From: the human T2T-CHM13v2.0 reference genome, Homo sapiens
Strand: one strand, 5' to 3'
Length of the DNA: 64,000 nt
NCBI RefSeq assembly: GCF_009914755.1
Contig: NC_060945.1
Numbering within the stretch: position 1 is the stretch's first letter; each line of letters begins with the position of its first letter. A program made the translations under genes and the position numbers. Shown here in pieces: positions 13,785 through 32,251 of this stretch. Below the pieces are notes generated by a model. It was given only the letters and a program-made list of their open reading frames with translations, did no database searches and had not been told where the DNA came from.

Positions 13785-14257
13785 TGTTGAAGAAAAATTA
13801 TTTAATTATACTTGTTAAAGCACAGAAAGGAAGACTTTATTCAGGACCATCATGATGTAGGCACCATTGCAATGGGATTTTGCGGTTGGGGAGAGACTGG
13901 GCTCAACTCTGAATACAGCATGAGAAAATGAGAATTTATAGCCAAGGAGCAGGGTGGGGATCAGTGGATAGAAAGTTACTAAGAGGAAACATCAGGGGTA
14001 AGATGGAATGTAACTAAACCGACCTAACAGTATTTTTGCTGAAGACAGGCCAGAACAATCAGATATCAGCTGGGGAATTGAAGAGAATGAGGAACCCAGT
14101 CAGATCATGAGGGTGATCAGATATTAAAGGTGAGGGCTGATGCTTGTTAAACTGACTTGTAATTTTGCTAAAACAAGATTTTACAAGAAAGTGCATAGAT
14201 GGTGCTAAGAGATGGTTCTGCAGCATGACTAATGTTTGGTCACGCAGAGTCTTTGTA
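13785..14257 (-). mobile_element. MER31-type ERV1 solo LTR
   Basis: Ends match antisense MER31 (tttggtca..agagtctttgta), TTTATT (AATAAA on minus) at ~13835; TSD gtga/gtgg. Confidence 0.8.
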
Positions 14258-14449
14258 GTGGCAAATTCTCAGAGAAATATTTTTAGCGGTACTGTTATTT
14301 GAAAAGGGTGATGGCTAAAAGGCTTGTTGGATGAGGCAATTTTCAGTGGTCCTTGAGCATCCCAGCAGTAACTGTGCAGTAACTGTGTTACACTGCAAGG
14401 TTTGTCTGTCTCCTGAAACTGACCAGTCTCTGCATTTAGTCACATAGGT

Positions 14450-14850
14450 GATGAAGTATTCAAAGCGACCGAAGTATAAATACCTTATAATTGCTCCTCC
14501 CTTCGTACTGGCTTGCTTGTTGCTTGTGAAAATATTTGTTGCTTGCTATGATGCTTGGTCCTTGCGTAAAAAGTGCTAGGCCTTGGAACTGCATTTCTCA
14601 CCTGCAGCACAGCCCACTGTATGCCTAATATCCATCTGGGCTGGTGGTATCTCCTTGGAGACATGGAGGTAAGGTCTTTGCTTATGCTCCTGATGTACAC
14701 AGTTCTTTGAATAATAAACTATCTGGCCCTGGTCCATTGAGTTTCATTGTCCACTTTCCACGGAATAACCATGCTTTTATAGCAAGCCAACCTGCTTTCA
14801 TGCCTAGTTACATGTTTTGTAGTTTTGTTGTGCTTTGGTATCTTCCAGAA
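14450..14850 (+). mobile_element. Possible old ERVL-class LTR fragment
   Basis: TATAAA-like box, AATAAA followed by cattgagtttcattgtc; family not resolved. Confidence 0.3.
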
Positions 14851-15061
14851 GATTGGGGTCCTTCCTTGACAACTCTTCTGGATATTTTTTCTCTTCTGCG
14901 AACAATTCATTTTTTTACTATCTTTAAATCTTAATTACTATTTAGTAATTAAATGTAATTATCTTGCATCAGATATGTTCCATTTCAAAATTAATTTTAG
15001 AAAAAATATTTACCACAAACTGGTGAAAATTTGGCTTGTTATCCCTGTTAACATTGATTTT

Positions 15062-16889
15062 TACATTTAATTTAATTTACTTTTTAAATTTTTTTTCCTT
15101 TTTAACTTTTATTTTAGAATCATGGGATACATGTGCAGGTTTGTTAAAAAGGTTTATTGCATAATGCTGAGGTTTAGGGTGTGATTGAACCTGTCACCAA
15201 GTGTATTAGTCCATTTTCACACTGCTAAAAACAACTACCTGAGACTGGGTAATTTACAAAGAAAAGAGGTTTAATTGACTCACATTTCTGCATTGCTGGG
15301 AGGCCTCAGGAAACTCACAATCATGGTGGAAGGCGACGGGGAAGCACATCTTACATGGCAGTGGGAGAGAGAGAGAGTGAAGGGGGAAGTGCCACACTTT
15401 TAAACCATCAGATCTTGTGAGAACTCACTCACTATCATGAGAACAGCAGGGGGAAAATCTGCTCCCATGATTTCATCACCTCCCACGAGGTCCCTCCCCT
15501 GACATGTGGAGATTACAATTTAACATGAGATTTGAGTGGGGAAAGAGCCAAACCATATCATCCAGGTAGTGAGCATAGTACCTAATAGGTAGTTTTCCAG
15601 CCCTTGTATCCCTCCCTTCATCCCCAGTCTAATAGTCCCCTGTGTCTATTGTTCCTATGTTTATGTCCATGAGTATCCAATGTTTATCTCCCACTTATAA
15701 ATGAGAACATGTGGTACATGGTTTTCTGTTTCTGCATTAGTTCGCTTACGATAATGGCCTCCAAATGCATCCATGTTGCTGCAAAAGACATAATTTTGTG
15801 TATTTGTATGGCCACATAGTATATGTACCATATTTTCTTTATCCAGTCCACCATTGCTGGGCACCTGAGTCGATTTCATCATTTTGCTATTTTACATAGT
15901 GCTGAGATGAACATACGGGTGCAAATGTCCTTTTGGTAGAATAATTTATCCTCCTATGGGTATATACTTAGTAATGGGATTGCTGGGTCAAATGGTCAAC
16001 TACCATTTTTTAAGAAATCTCCAAACTGCTCTCCTCAATGGCTGGAATAATTCACATTTCCACCAATAGTGTATAAGTGTCCCATTTTCTCTGCAGCTTT
16101 GCCAATATCTGTTTTTTTTTTTTAATTATTTTTTACTTTTTAACAAACACTCTTCTGACTGGTGTGAGGTGGTATCCCATTGTGGTTTTGATTTGCATTT
16201 TTCTGATGATTAGTGATGATCAGCGCTTTTTTATGTTTGTTGGCCACTTATATGTCTTCTTTTGAGAATTGTCTTTTCATATTCTTTACCCACTTTTTAA
16301 TAAGGTTATTTGGTTTTTATTCACTAATTTGTTTAAGTTCTTTATGGGTTCTGGATTTTAGACCTTTGTTGGATGCATAGCTGGTGAATATTTTCTCCAA
16401 TTTGGTAGGTTGTCTGCATACTTCCTTGATAGTTTTTCTCGATGTGAAAAAGCTCTTTAGTTTAATTAGGTCCCATTTATAAATTTTCATTCTGTTGAAA
16501 TTGCTTTTGAGAACTTAGCCATAAATTCTTTGTAAAGGCCAATATCAAGAAGACTGTTTCCTAGGTTTTCTTCTTTTACAGTTTGGGGTTTTAAGTCTCT
16601 AATCCATCTTGAGTTAATGTACATGGTGATAAGTAGAAGTCTAATTTCCTTCTTCCTCCTATGGCTAGTAAGTTATCCCAGTAACATTTATTTAGTAGGG
16701 AGGCTTTTCCTGTTTGCTTATTTTTGTCAAGGTTTTCAAAGATCAGATGGTCGTAGGTATGTGGCTTCATTTCTTGGTCCTCTATTCTGTTCCATTGGTC
16801 TATGTGCCTATTTTTATACTAGTACCATGCTGTATTTGTTGCTGTATCCTTGTAGTATAGTTTGAAGTCAGGTATTGTGATGCCTCCAC
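15062..16889 (-). mobile_element. 5'-truncated L1PA15/16-like element (ORF2 3' end and 3'UTR)
   Basis: Antisense L1 3' end (tacatgtgcaggtttgtt); 12-bp TSD aacattgatttt (15050-15061 / 16890-16901); interrupted by THE1D. Confidence 0.9.
15202..15560 (-). mobile_element. THE1D-like solo LTR inserted in the L1 3'UTR
   Basis: tgtattagtccattttcac...ccaaaccatatca termini; 5-bp TSD ccaag/tccag. Confidence 0.9.
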
Positions 16890-17289
16890 AACATTGATTT
16901 TAATACTCAAGTAATGTTGTCAGACAAGCCACTGTCCTTTACGTTAGAGAAAAAAGAAATAATGATTCTCTAAACCATAGCATAAAATGTGGAAATTTGT
17001 GTTTTAGCCACTAACTAGGACTGGAATTCTGTAACACTCTGAAAATTTACATTTTTCTTCATCTTAGTTTTCTCAAGAGGTTGTTTACAGCCTTCAAGTT
17101 TTAAAATGACAAGTACCATGTGTCAGGTGCTGTGTTTATACATTGCACTGTGAGCATCAGAATGAGTAGGACTCATTGCAAAACTTAGTATTTTTAGAAT
17201 CTATAGAATCTCTAAGAAATGTCAATTTAATAATTTTAAACTTTATAAATATCATCATTGTCTTATAATCTGTTGTGTGGTATTTATTT

Positions 17290-17490
17290 CTCCTACTGAT
17301 ATTAATCAAATGCTGATTATGTGCTGGGCATTGTGCAACGTGCTTAGGAGCCAGCTGTCACTGATATCAACACAGTGCTTCATCTCATGGAGCTTCCTGT
17401 TTTATGGAAAGGGACATTTTTAAGACAAACACACACCACTGTACTTCATGAAATGGAAGAACAGAGGGATTTAGAAACATAATGGGGACG
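17290..17490 (-). mobile_element. L2 fragment
   Basis: tatgtgctgggcattgtgc...ctcatggagcttcctg L2 3' end signature. Confidence 0.6.
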
Positions 17491-17984
17491 CCAAATAATT
17501 GGATTTTCAATATATTAAAAGTGTTTATTATGTACCCATAGAATGTGTTCCTTTTGGGTTCATCTTCTGTCTAGAACAGATGTTTTTGCTATCATTTCAC
17601 AAAATAATGATTTGCTACAATCAGTTGATATGCAGATGTTGCTCTTTTTAAAAGATTGCTATTTTGATTTTACTCTTTTCATTTTACATTTCCCTGATAG
17701 TATCTTCAAAAGGGTTAAAAAATTGGTATCACAAGGAGACAATTATCTATGGGTTTCTTACATTTTTGTATGTCTTGTAAGGAAAATAACTAACTGCTTT
17801 GTTCTGACCTATCTTTTCAAGGATGTCTGTATAGCAAACAGCCTTGGATGATCTAGTGTCCACCTCGACCCCACCCCACCTCACTTCAGAGCAAACCCTG
17901 GATTTTTAAAATGTTAAAGGATAAAGTACCTTTCTCTGGAGCAAGTGGCATGCATGCATTCATTGGTCTCTCTGGAGCAAGTTT

Positions 17985-18783
<799 letters not shown>

Positions 18784-19332
18784 TGCATACTACCCTGCAT
18801 TAAAAATGTGGATTTTGTAAACTTCGTGTTTCTCTTCTATAATATAATCCACTTTGTGGGTGGGTGTCACTTGTTCTTTTTGCCTCAGCTGGTGAAAATT
18901 GAAATGCAAATGCTAATATTCTGGTTATTGGTGTTGGAGTGAGTAATAAACTATTATTTGTTTCTAATAAAGATTGTACATATCTGAAACTATGGCAAGC
19001 TAACTTATTAATTTGCAAATAGGGTAAAAAATTTAGATACTTTACAGTTTTTAATATCATATCAGAGCCATTGGGGATTGCAAACACAGATGGGACATTT
19101 TTACATGTGATATTATCAATCATGTTGATCAAAGGAATAGAGAGGAATAACCAGGTTAAGCAATGCTGATCTAGAAGTTTTAAATATAAGTCACAATTAT
19201 ACTTCCATTTTCTCCAAAATGCTAAGAGATATATATGCTATATGCATTAGAATTTGAGACAAGATTCTAAAAGATTCTAAAACATTTTTTTCCAATTTTA
19301 TTTGTCCTTACTCTTTGCCTTCACCATTGTGC

Positions 19333-19510
19333 TTTTTGTTTTGTTTTGTTTTGAGATGGAGTCTCACTTTGTCACCCATTGCCCAGGCTGGAGAGCAATG
19401 GCAAGATCATAACTCACTGCAGCCTTGAACTCTTGAGCTCAAGTGAGCCTCCTGCCTCAGCATCCTGAGTAGCTGGTAGTACAGGACAGATATGTGTCAC
19501 CATGCAGAGC
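19333..19510 (-). mobile_element. AluJ right-arm/FRAM monomer
   Basis: (TTTTG)n tail, gatcataactcactgcagccttgaactc. Confidence 0.8.
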
Positions 19511-20506
19511 ATCTCATGCTTCCTTTTCATTCACGGAGATAAGGACCCTCATACAATTGGACCTCGTTGGAGGAGTGTATGTGTGTGTCTGGCCGTGAGG
19601 GTAGATCCATATCCTTACACTTTTTTAACCAACTATTTTTGTTACAAATATAAATGGTTAAAAATACTTAGAGTTTTCATACTTCTCTGCCAAGCCATTG
19701 GGTCTCTTGTATCTGCATAAGGGCCCGCTGAGGATGGATCCCAGTAGAATAGATTACACAACTTTCATACAAACTTTAACCAGAGTAACTTTGCCTTTCT
19801 TCATGTTACGTGTTGTATTTTTAAAAACACAAGAAAAGAGCTCTTCAGATAATAGAAATTTACAAACCACTGTTCCTTCAAAATTCAAAAGCTCACTTTA
19901 TTGAGTGAAGCCAATATGTTTATAAGGCTTTATCTGTTATTAATCTGATGACACTAGTAATCCCGTACATATGTATTCATTTCTTAAATTTAGAGACTAT
20001 TCCAATAAAATTTTCACCAAGCAGATAACAGGATTACTTTTATTTAAAAACCTGTCATTCTAAATTACAGCAGTCTCCTTTAGAGGCAAATAAACTGCAG
20101 GAAGGATAAACTAATATCTCAGTGTCTTATTTCTGTTATTTTAAATATTAATATTTTAGAACTAACAGTGATACTCCATTGAATGAAAAGCATTTTGGTG
20201 GGGTACAAATGCTCAAAAAAAATTCAATGGGGTTAATCTTTGAAGCAGAGGAAAAATAAACTGCATGATTGTCTTACTCCTACTGATAAGGTTGATCCAC
20301 TTTGAAAGCTTATCAGTACGTAGTATTGTCAAAGACATTCATAATTAAAGTCCAAATTGTGTGATTTATAATGTTCACAGCAGTTGCTTTTGATTTTCTT
20401 GCTATCTTTATTCCTGCTTCATTATGAATACATTTGTCTAATACATTTTAATTTCGTTTAGTAGCTCTTTCCTAAGAATATAAAAGTCCCATACCAACAT
20501 TGACTT

Positions 20507-20560
20507 TTTTAAAAAAACTTTTAAGTTCAAGGATACATGTGCAGGTGTGTTACATAGGTA
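20507..20560 (-). mobile_element. 54-bp L1P extreme 3' end insertion
   Basis: ttaagttcaaggatacatgtgcagg.gtgttacataggta flanked by perfect 11-bp TSD aacattgactt (20496-20506 / 20561-20571). Confidence 0.85.
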
Positions 20561-22197
20561 AACATTGACTTGTAAAGTTTCACACTTTCATTAGGTTTAT
20601 GCTCATATTGGAATGTTTACCAGCTGTTCCTTTTGCCATCATAATTATTCAAACCTGATTTTCATGTGCATGACAAAAATAGGCAATTTCTATAATATTT
20701 TAATCAATTATAAATGAAAGAATAATTTCTCGTTATTCACTAGAACCATGGATTTTACCGTATGGTCATTATTTTTTCAATCATCAAGCTTTTTAAAAGT
20801 ATAGTGAATACAAAATATTCCAGACTTTCTTAAAGCATGAAATTTGACCAAAACCATTAAGATTTATTATTAACTTTGGTAATAAATACAAATTAAATAT
20901 ATAGAAATGAAAACAAAAATACATTAAAATGACTTAACGGTCAAAAGTTCAACACGTCAAAAACTGTTCACATAAGAAACAAGTGAAATGGTAGATAAAA
21001 TCAGCTATGGTTATCTGATACCTACTAATAAACACACATAACACCTGACATCCACAGAAGGCTCTTGAATGTTGAGATAGGGGTATTATATTTAAAAATT
21101 ATGTTGATTTTTTTTAATGTTTTATCTTTTAGCCTAGGTTGTTCTGGAACACCTTGGCTACTTTTGATGTTTCTAGATACACATATTCCAATTTTCTCTT
21201 TTTAAAAATATGGAAATTCATACTGATTTATTTAGTACCATCCAACTAATTATGGATAGGGCAAAGACCAGAATCCAAGACTTTTACATTAATTTCAATA
21301 TTTTGGGATGCTTTTCCAGCTGTATAGTAGTCATTTTTGCATGACAAGTTATTGTCATCAAACCAGCATTGGTTGTAAACAAACCCCTAACAGTTCATCG
21401 CAACATTTTATCAGTACTATCACTTCTAGGGAGGGTGTACATAGCAAGACCAGTGAATTTCATGATAGTTAAGTCCATTCCCTTGATGCTTCAGTTGTAA
21501 AATGGTTCGTTGTTAAGGGGCAGTGATGTGTGAATACCATGATGCTGAATGAGTATGAAACAAAACCAATTAAAGTCATGCTAAAAATAATTCTGGGCAA
21601 CTTAAAAGCATCTATAATATAATGTTTGATAGATGTTTTTAGTGATTCACTGAATCACTATTTCAGTGAAGATGGATTATTGTCTGTATCCTTCTCCACA
21701 AGGTGATGAGAGAAATTCAATATAATTAAACGGCCATTGGGTGTCAGACTGGTCCTCTTGGGAAATGGCAGTTTTGAATATTAGTCACTCAGCTAGATAT
21801 GCCTTACTTAAGGGAAGATCTTGTTGTTGACCTCATGTGTAACATTCATCCCTTCTGAATTTTCGCAGGTTTTATCTCCCACCATTTGACATATATATTT
21901 TACAAATACATCCAGAGGTTATTTGCTATGTCTTGCTCACCAGATGCAAGTTTTGTGATATTATTGACATAATAAGATAATATATTCTGAAGGATGGTGA
22001 TACAGTTGAGGTGAGCAAGTGTACTATGTTATGACACAAAAAGTGACACAGTGCACTATTTTATGAAACAGAACAGAGACGACATATTCCTGAGGTAATA
22101 CAATACAAAGAAGATGTGCTGCATTCCACACAGTATGAAAGCAAACTTTGTGGTGGTCCTTTCTAATACATAGATGCAAGCAATTGCCAATCAATAG

Positions 22198-22505
<308 letters not shown>

Positions 22506-23334
22506 CAGAACAATATGTTTATACCAACTACGGAGCTTCATACAACCTGCTCCAATATATACACAACATTTGAAACAACAGCCGCAATTGGAGGCAATTG
22601 CTAATTAGGTTTACAATAGTTCCTTTCGGTCTATAGCATCAATATTTCTTCACAAGCCCAAGTGGCATGTTAAGTGAAAATAAAGTAGAACTCACTTTTC
22701 TTGTATCTTTGATGGTGGCATAATTCCTTGCGATTGTACTACAAATGACATATGACTTTTTTTTCTGCTATTCATGTAAAATGAGATCAAAGACCTCTAC
22801 TTTTTTATTGTACCATAAGAGCCTTTTCACCAGGGGCCAAGGAAGCAGTGTGGGGATTCTGCTAGCTATGGAGTATGAATATTTCAACTATGCATTCAGA
22901 TCTTGGGGAGGTAACTACGGAATGGTTTTGTAGATTTACTCTGCCCACTTACAGATGGATTCAGGCCAACATTACTTTTCTCAAATGACCTCCATAAGCC
23001 CCCACTCTGAGTCATGGACAGCAGTGGCCTTTTGAAGTATGAAAAATTTATGTCAGCTCAGAGCCAGTGTATTGAGTAATACTTAAAAGGTCTGGATATT
23101 CAAAGCAATTAACTTTGGAAAATGTTCACAGGTTTCTTTGGGGAAAGTTGGAAAGACTCGTTTCATTGCATATTTGTAGGTTTGTTTCTAGGGTCTACCT
23201 TCAGGGGGAACCCAGTTTCTACTTCATTCCAGGAGCTCTAGAATCTCTTTTGAATCACATCTGGGAAGTAGGTTAGAGGTCCTTGATTCTTTAACTTGGC
23301 CATTCCTTCAAGTATCTTCAGCCCACTTACATTT

Positions 23335-23706
23335 TGTCTTAGTCTGATTATGGATCTATAGCAAAATACCAGAGATAGGGTAATTTATAACGAACAGAAA
23401 TTTATTTCTCATGGTTCTGGATGTTAGGGAATCCAAGTTCAGAGTGCCAGTGGGATTGATGTTGGGTGAGGGCTGCTCCCTGCTTCCAAGATGGACCTTA
23501 TTGCTACATCCTCCAGCTGGGAGAAACATGGAAGAAGGGATGGAAAGGCAACCTTGAGCCCTTTTATAGGAGTGCTAATCCTATTCATGAGAATGGAGCC
23601 ATTATGATTTAATCACACCCTCAAGGCACACCTCTTAATACCTTTATATTGGGTATTAAGTTTTAACATGAATTTTGAAGGAGATATTATTTTTCAAACT
23701 ATAGAA
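23335..23706 (-). mobile_element. MSTD/MSTC-like MaLR solo LTR
   Basis: tgtcttagtc...aatttataacgaacagaaatttatttctcatggttctgg...; TSD cattt/aattt. Confidence 0.85.
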
Positions 23707-23770
23707 AATTTGTTTTTAGTCTATGTTTTCCCTGTTTCACTTATTAATAAATAATTTACTTGATTCCTTC

Positions 23771-24303
23771 TGTTTCAGTCAGGGTTCACTCAGAGGAGCA
23801 GAACTAGCGGGACATTTATTATGGGAAATGGAAATTGACTAAGCAGTCTTTGCAAGGATATTTCTATATCTAATGCTGGAGGCCAAAGTCCACGGACAGA
23901 CAGGCAGGGAGAAAAGATAACAAGAAGTCTGGAACCACAGGAGGACAGACTGAAAGTCATGTTTCTTCTTGTTACCACTGACATTAGTGATGAGGGCATC
24001 CTCGAAAACAGAGTCCTTTGCCATAGAGGTGGCCTAAGGTGACAAAGAGTCCTTTGTCATAGAAGTAGCATGTAATACATGTGGCCTAAGATTCAGAGAA
24101 AATAAATGAAGGTATAGCAAGAAGAGAATTGGAGAACTAGCTGCTGCTTTATGCTAATGAGGTGAGTTAACAGACTATCCATGCATATCCTACAAAACGG
24201 TTGCTTCCTGCCTTTCTGGCACCCTTATTAGAAGCATATAAAAAGGGAATTCTGGGAAATACTCTTCAGCTTAGCCAAGTGTGCACATAACAAAGCCATC
24301 ACA
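23771..24303 (-). mobile_element. MLT2F-like ERVL solo LTR inserted in the ERV-L gag
   Basis: Ends cagtcagggttc and cagcttagccaag...aaagccatcaca; host gag sequence is contiguous across it (tctgt repeated at both ends). Confidence 0.7.
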
Positions 24304-25136
24304 TCTGTTGTTCTCATTCCCAGGAACACCTCGAATACTCACTTCATCAAGTCTCTGCAGACCAAAACCCATCTCTGCTAACCATACCCATCTTAAAGAT
24401 ACAGGTAAGAGGTATTAGTTGTTGGCCTACGCCACTGCACAATCCCATTACCACTACTTAAATTAAGATGTAACACCTGTTATCGTGGACCTGACAAAGA
24501 CAGCCATTATAGGGCTATCCTTTCCAAGAATGTTGGTACTGTTCTCATCGTTGTAACTTTTCAAGTCACTTATAAAAGGACTATCTTTTGGATTCTTCTC
24601 AATTCACTGGTGAAGGAAATATTCTCCAAGCTTTTCTTGGAAACATGATTAGCTTGCATAAGTGAATAATCCATGCTGAATTTACTGTAGTTACTTCCTC
24701 TTCCTAAGCACTTTCTTTTTTTCCCCTGCTTTACATGCCAATTAAGTTCTAGTATTTCCATTCTATTTAATGTAGGCCAACATAGCATCCAGATTTCAGT
24801 TATTCATCAGGTAAACTATTAGAGATACTCATTGTTGCTCAAGCTGTAACCCATATTAAAAATTAAATCCCATCTAATGTTATAATATTTTTTCCTCATA
24901 AAATAACACACTTAGAATCCTTCCCCGCATGCATTTCCAGGTTTCAGTTGATACGAATTGAGAAAAATCAGGCAGATCTTTTGGCTTTTATTCTATCCCC
25001 TTTCAGTTTGTGATTTATCCTTATTCTTTTGAGAATATGCTGGTTATTTAATTCTGGGTCAGGAAGACATGAGGGATGGTACCTGTGAGTCTTAAAAACA
25101 ATCAGCCTCCCCTTGAAAGGCATCTGCCTCAAACAA

Positions 25137-28880
<3,744 letters not shown>

Positions 28881-28884
28881 GAAA

Positions 28885-29190
28885 GAAAAATATAGATCCA
28901 TAAGTAGCAACATGGAAAGTTGTCCAAGATATATTGTTAGATGAAAAAGCTATTCACTGAAGGATATATAGAAAAAAAGTGATTCTACTTTTATAAAAAG
29001 AAAAACCGTACTATTTAAAAAAAAACATTTTAAAGCAAAGGAATGTTAATATTCTTAGTCAGGGGAAGAGATTTTTCTTCTTAAAAGCAAAGTAAAAGAA
29101 GATGGGGGGAGTGGGGAGTGTAAGTAATCATCTCTATAAGAATACGTATGAATTCTCTCATTCTATATTCAGGGTTTTTCACGTTTTCCT
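28885..29190 (+). mobile_element. Old L1M 3'UTR fragment
   Basis: gcaacatggaaagttgtccaagatatattgttagatgaaaaagc. Confidence 0.5.
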
Positions 29191-29591
29191 AATATACATT
29201 CTCACGTAAGAACTCCAGAGAGTTTCCTCATTTCATTTGCTTGATACATCTTTACTTGGAAAGTAATAATTTGGTCTTTTTATATCAATCCCATGGCTAC
29301 AGAAGATAAAATATTCTTTTAAGTCATCATGGGAGTTCATAGAATCATGTTTCCCCTATGTAAAAAATACCTCCTTCTATCTTTTCCTCCCATGGATGCC
29401 TTTGTTCTCTCATGCTCTTTCCACAACAATTTTCAAAAATTTTTAATGAATTTCAAAGTGGGATACACATTTAATACAATGTAGGAGAAAATTTGAAAGA
29501 AAAGTAATCAGACAAATGATAATATCAGAAAATACAATGAGACGGGGATGGAGGATACCATGTTTTACTTTTTTCATATAAGTTGAATAGC

Positions 29592-29628
<37 letters not shown>
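29592..29628. repeat. (TA)n microsatellite
   Basis: Direct inspection. Confidence 0.9.
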
Positions 29629-29631
<3 letters not shown>

Positions 29632-29649
29632 GAGGTGTATTAACTATCA

Positions 29650-30190
29650 TTGTAACATAATAATGATTGTAAAATGACCCCAAGATTTCCAACCTTTGTT
29701 CCACATGATTTATATAATTTCCTCATCTTAAGTGTACTCAGAACCTTTGAGTTTGATGCAATAATACTCTCATGATTATGCCATATTACGTGAAAAAGGA
29801 GATTTTGCAGATGTACTAAAGTCACTAATTAGTTGACCTTGAAAAATAAAATAGGAGATTATATATGTTGGCCTGACCTACGTGAGTCTTTTGTATATAG
29901 GTCTAGAAGTCAGAGTGAAGGAAATTCAGGTTAAAAGCGACAAAGATATTTTCTTTCTGGCCTTGAAGGAACAACTGCCATGTTGTGGAGAGAGCAGAAA
30001 ACAGCAGGCAATCTCCCAGCCCTGAGAATGGCCTCCTCTTCCCAACAGCCAGCAGGAAGGCTGGAATCTCAGTCCTACGACCAAAAGAAACTCTATTCTA
30101 ACAGGCCAAATCAGTCTGGAAGAAGATCTTAAGCTTCAGGTAAGGCACCTTGCTTTCAGACCATTAGCAAAAAATGTACCCACTTTGTGC
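29650..30190 (+). mobile_element. MLT1E-type LTR lacking its 3' end
   Basis: aaaatgaccccaagatt...gattttgcagatgt...aattagttgaccttg...ctgccatgttgtggaga...cagccagcaggaag; stops abruptly at the L1. Confidence 0.75.
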
Positions 30191-30577
30191 AAACTACTTT
30201 CAAGAAAAGCTGGACTAATTTACATTCCCAACAACAGTGTATAAGCATTTTTTTTATCCACAATTTTGCCAGCATGTTTTATCTTTCCAATAATAGCCAT
30301 TCTGACTGGTCAGTGATGTTGAGTATTTTCTCATATGTCTGTTGGTCATTTGTATATCTTTTTAAAAGGGTCTATTAAAGTCTTTTGACACTATTTAATG
30401 GAGTTGTTTTTCACTTGTCGAGTTGTTTTTCACTTGTCAAGTTGTTTAATTTTCTTATACATTCTGAATATTAGACCTTTGTCAGATGCATAGTTTGAAA
30501 ATATTTTCCCCATTCTGTGGGTTGTCTGTTTACTCTGTTGATAGTTTATTTTCCTGTGTAGAAGCTCTTTAGTTTAA

Positions 30578-30932
<355 letters not shown>

Positions 30933-31347
30933 TCTGCAATTGCTTTTGAGGATTTAGTCATAAGTTATTTGCCAAGGTCAATGACCAGAAATATATTTCC
31001 TCAGTTTTCTTCTGGAATTTGTATAGTATGGGGTCTTAAATTTAAATATTTAATCCAGATTGAGTTAATTTTTGGATATGGTGAAAGGTAGGGTTCACTT
31101 TTATTCTGCCTATGGCTAGCCAGTTATCCTAGCACCACTAATTAAATAGGGAGTCTTCTTACCACTGTTTATTTTTATTGGCTTTGTCAAGGATCAGATG
31201 GTTGTATGTATGTTACTTTATTTCCAGGTTCTCTAACCTGTTCCATTGGTCTACATGTCTTTTTTGTACCAATACCATGCCATTTTGATTTCTGTGGCCT
31301 TACAGTATAGTTTGAAGGCAGGTAATATGATGTCTCCAGCTTTGTTC

Positions 31348-31417
31348 TTTTTTTTTTTTTTTTTTTTTTTTTTGAGGCAGAGTCTCACTCTGTCTCCCAG
31401 GCTGGAGTGCAATGGCG
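31348..31417 (-). mobile_element. Severely 5'-truncated Alu (poly-A plus last ~45 nt)
   Basis: Poly-T + gaggcagagtctcactctgtctcccaggctggagtgcaatggcg; TSD ccagctttgttc / ccagctttttttc-like (31336-31347 / 31418-31429, one mismatch). Confidence 0.9.
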
Positions 31418-31946
31418 CCAGCTTTTTTCTTTTAACTTATGACCGCTTTGATAATCTGGGCTCTTTTTTAGTTCCACGTGAATTTTAGAATTTTTTTTGA
31501 ATTTTATGAAAGAGGATGTAGGTAGTTTGATAGACATAGGATTGAATTTGTAGACTGTTTTGGGCAGTATAGCCAGTTTAATAATATTAATTCTTTCCAT
31601 CCATGAGTATAAGATGTTTTTCTGTTTGTGTTATCTCTTATTTCTTTCAGCAGTGTTTTGTTGTGCTCCTTGCAGAGATCTTCCACCTCCTTGGTTAGAT
31701 GTATTCCTTAATATGTTATTTTATTGTATTGTAACTACTGTAAATAGGATTTAGTTCTTGATATGGCTCTCAGCTTAAATGTTATTAGTGTATAGCAATG
31801 TTAATCATTTTTTACATTGATTTTTATATCCTGAAACTTTACTTAAGTCATTTTTTCAAGTCTAGGAGGCTTTTGGTGAAGTCTTAAGGGTTTTCTAGGT
31901 ATAGAACCATATCATCAGCAAAGGAAGAGAGTGGAACTTCTTTTCT

Positions 31947-32251
31947 GCCAGGTGCGGTGGCTCACACTTATAATCCCAACACTTTGGGAGGCTGAGGCGG
32001 GCAAATCACCTGAGGTCAGGAGTTCAAGACTAGCTTGGCCAACATGGTGAAACCCCGTCTCTACTAAAAATACAAAAATTAGCCGGGTGTGGTGGCGGGG
32101 AGACCTGTAATCCCAGCTACTTGGAAGGCTGAGGCAGGAGAATTGCTTGAACTGGGAGGCGGAGGTTGCAGTGAGTCTAGGTCGTGCCAATGCATGCCAG
32201 CCTGAGACACAGAGTGAGATCTCCTCTCAAAAAAAAAAAAAAAAAAAAAAA
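31947..32251 (+). mobile_element. AluSx-like full length
   Basis: atcacctgaggtcaggagttcaagac; poly-A; imperfect TSD around tgg.acttcttttc. Confidence 0.93.

Noticed and set aside
30402-30447. 19-bp tandem duplication in L1 (similar ones at 14365-14386, 19261-19282, ~62129-62153)
   Set aside because: Ordinary slippage microduplications.
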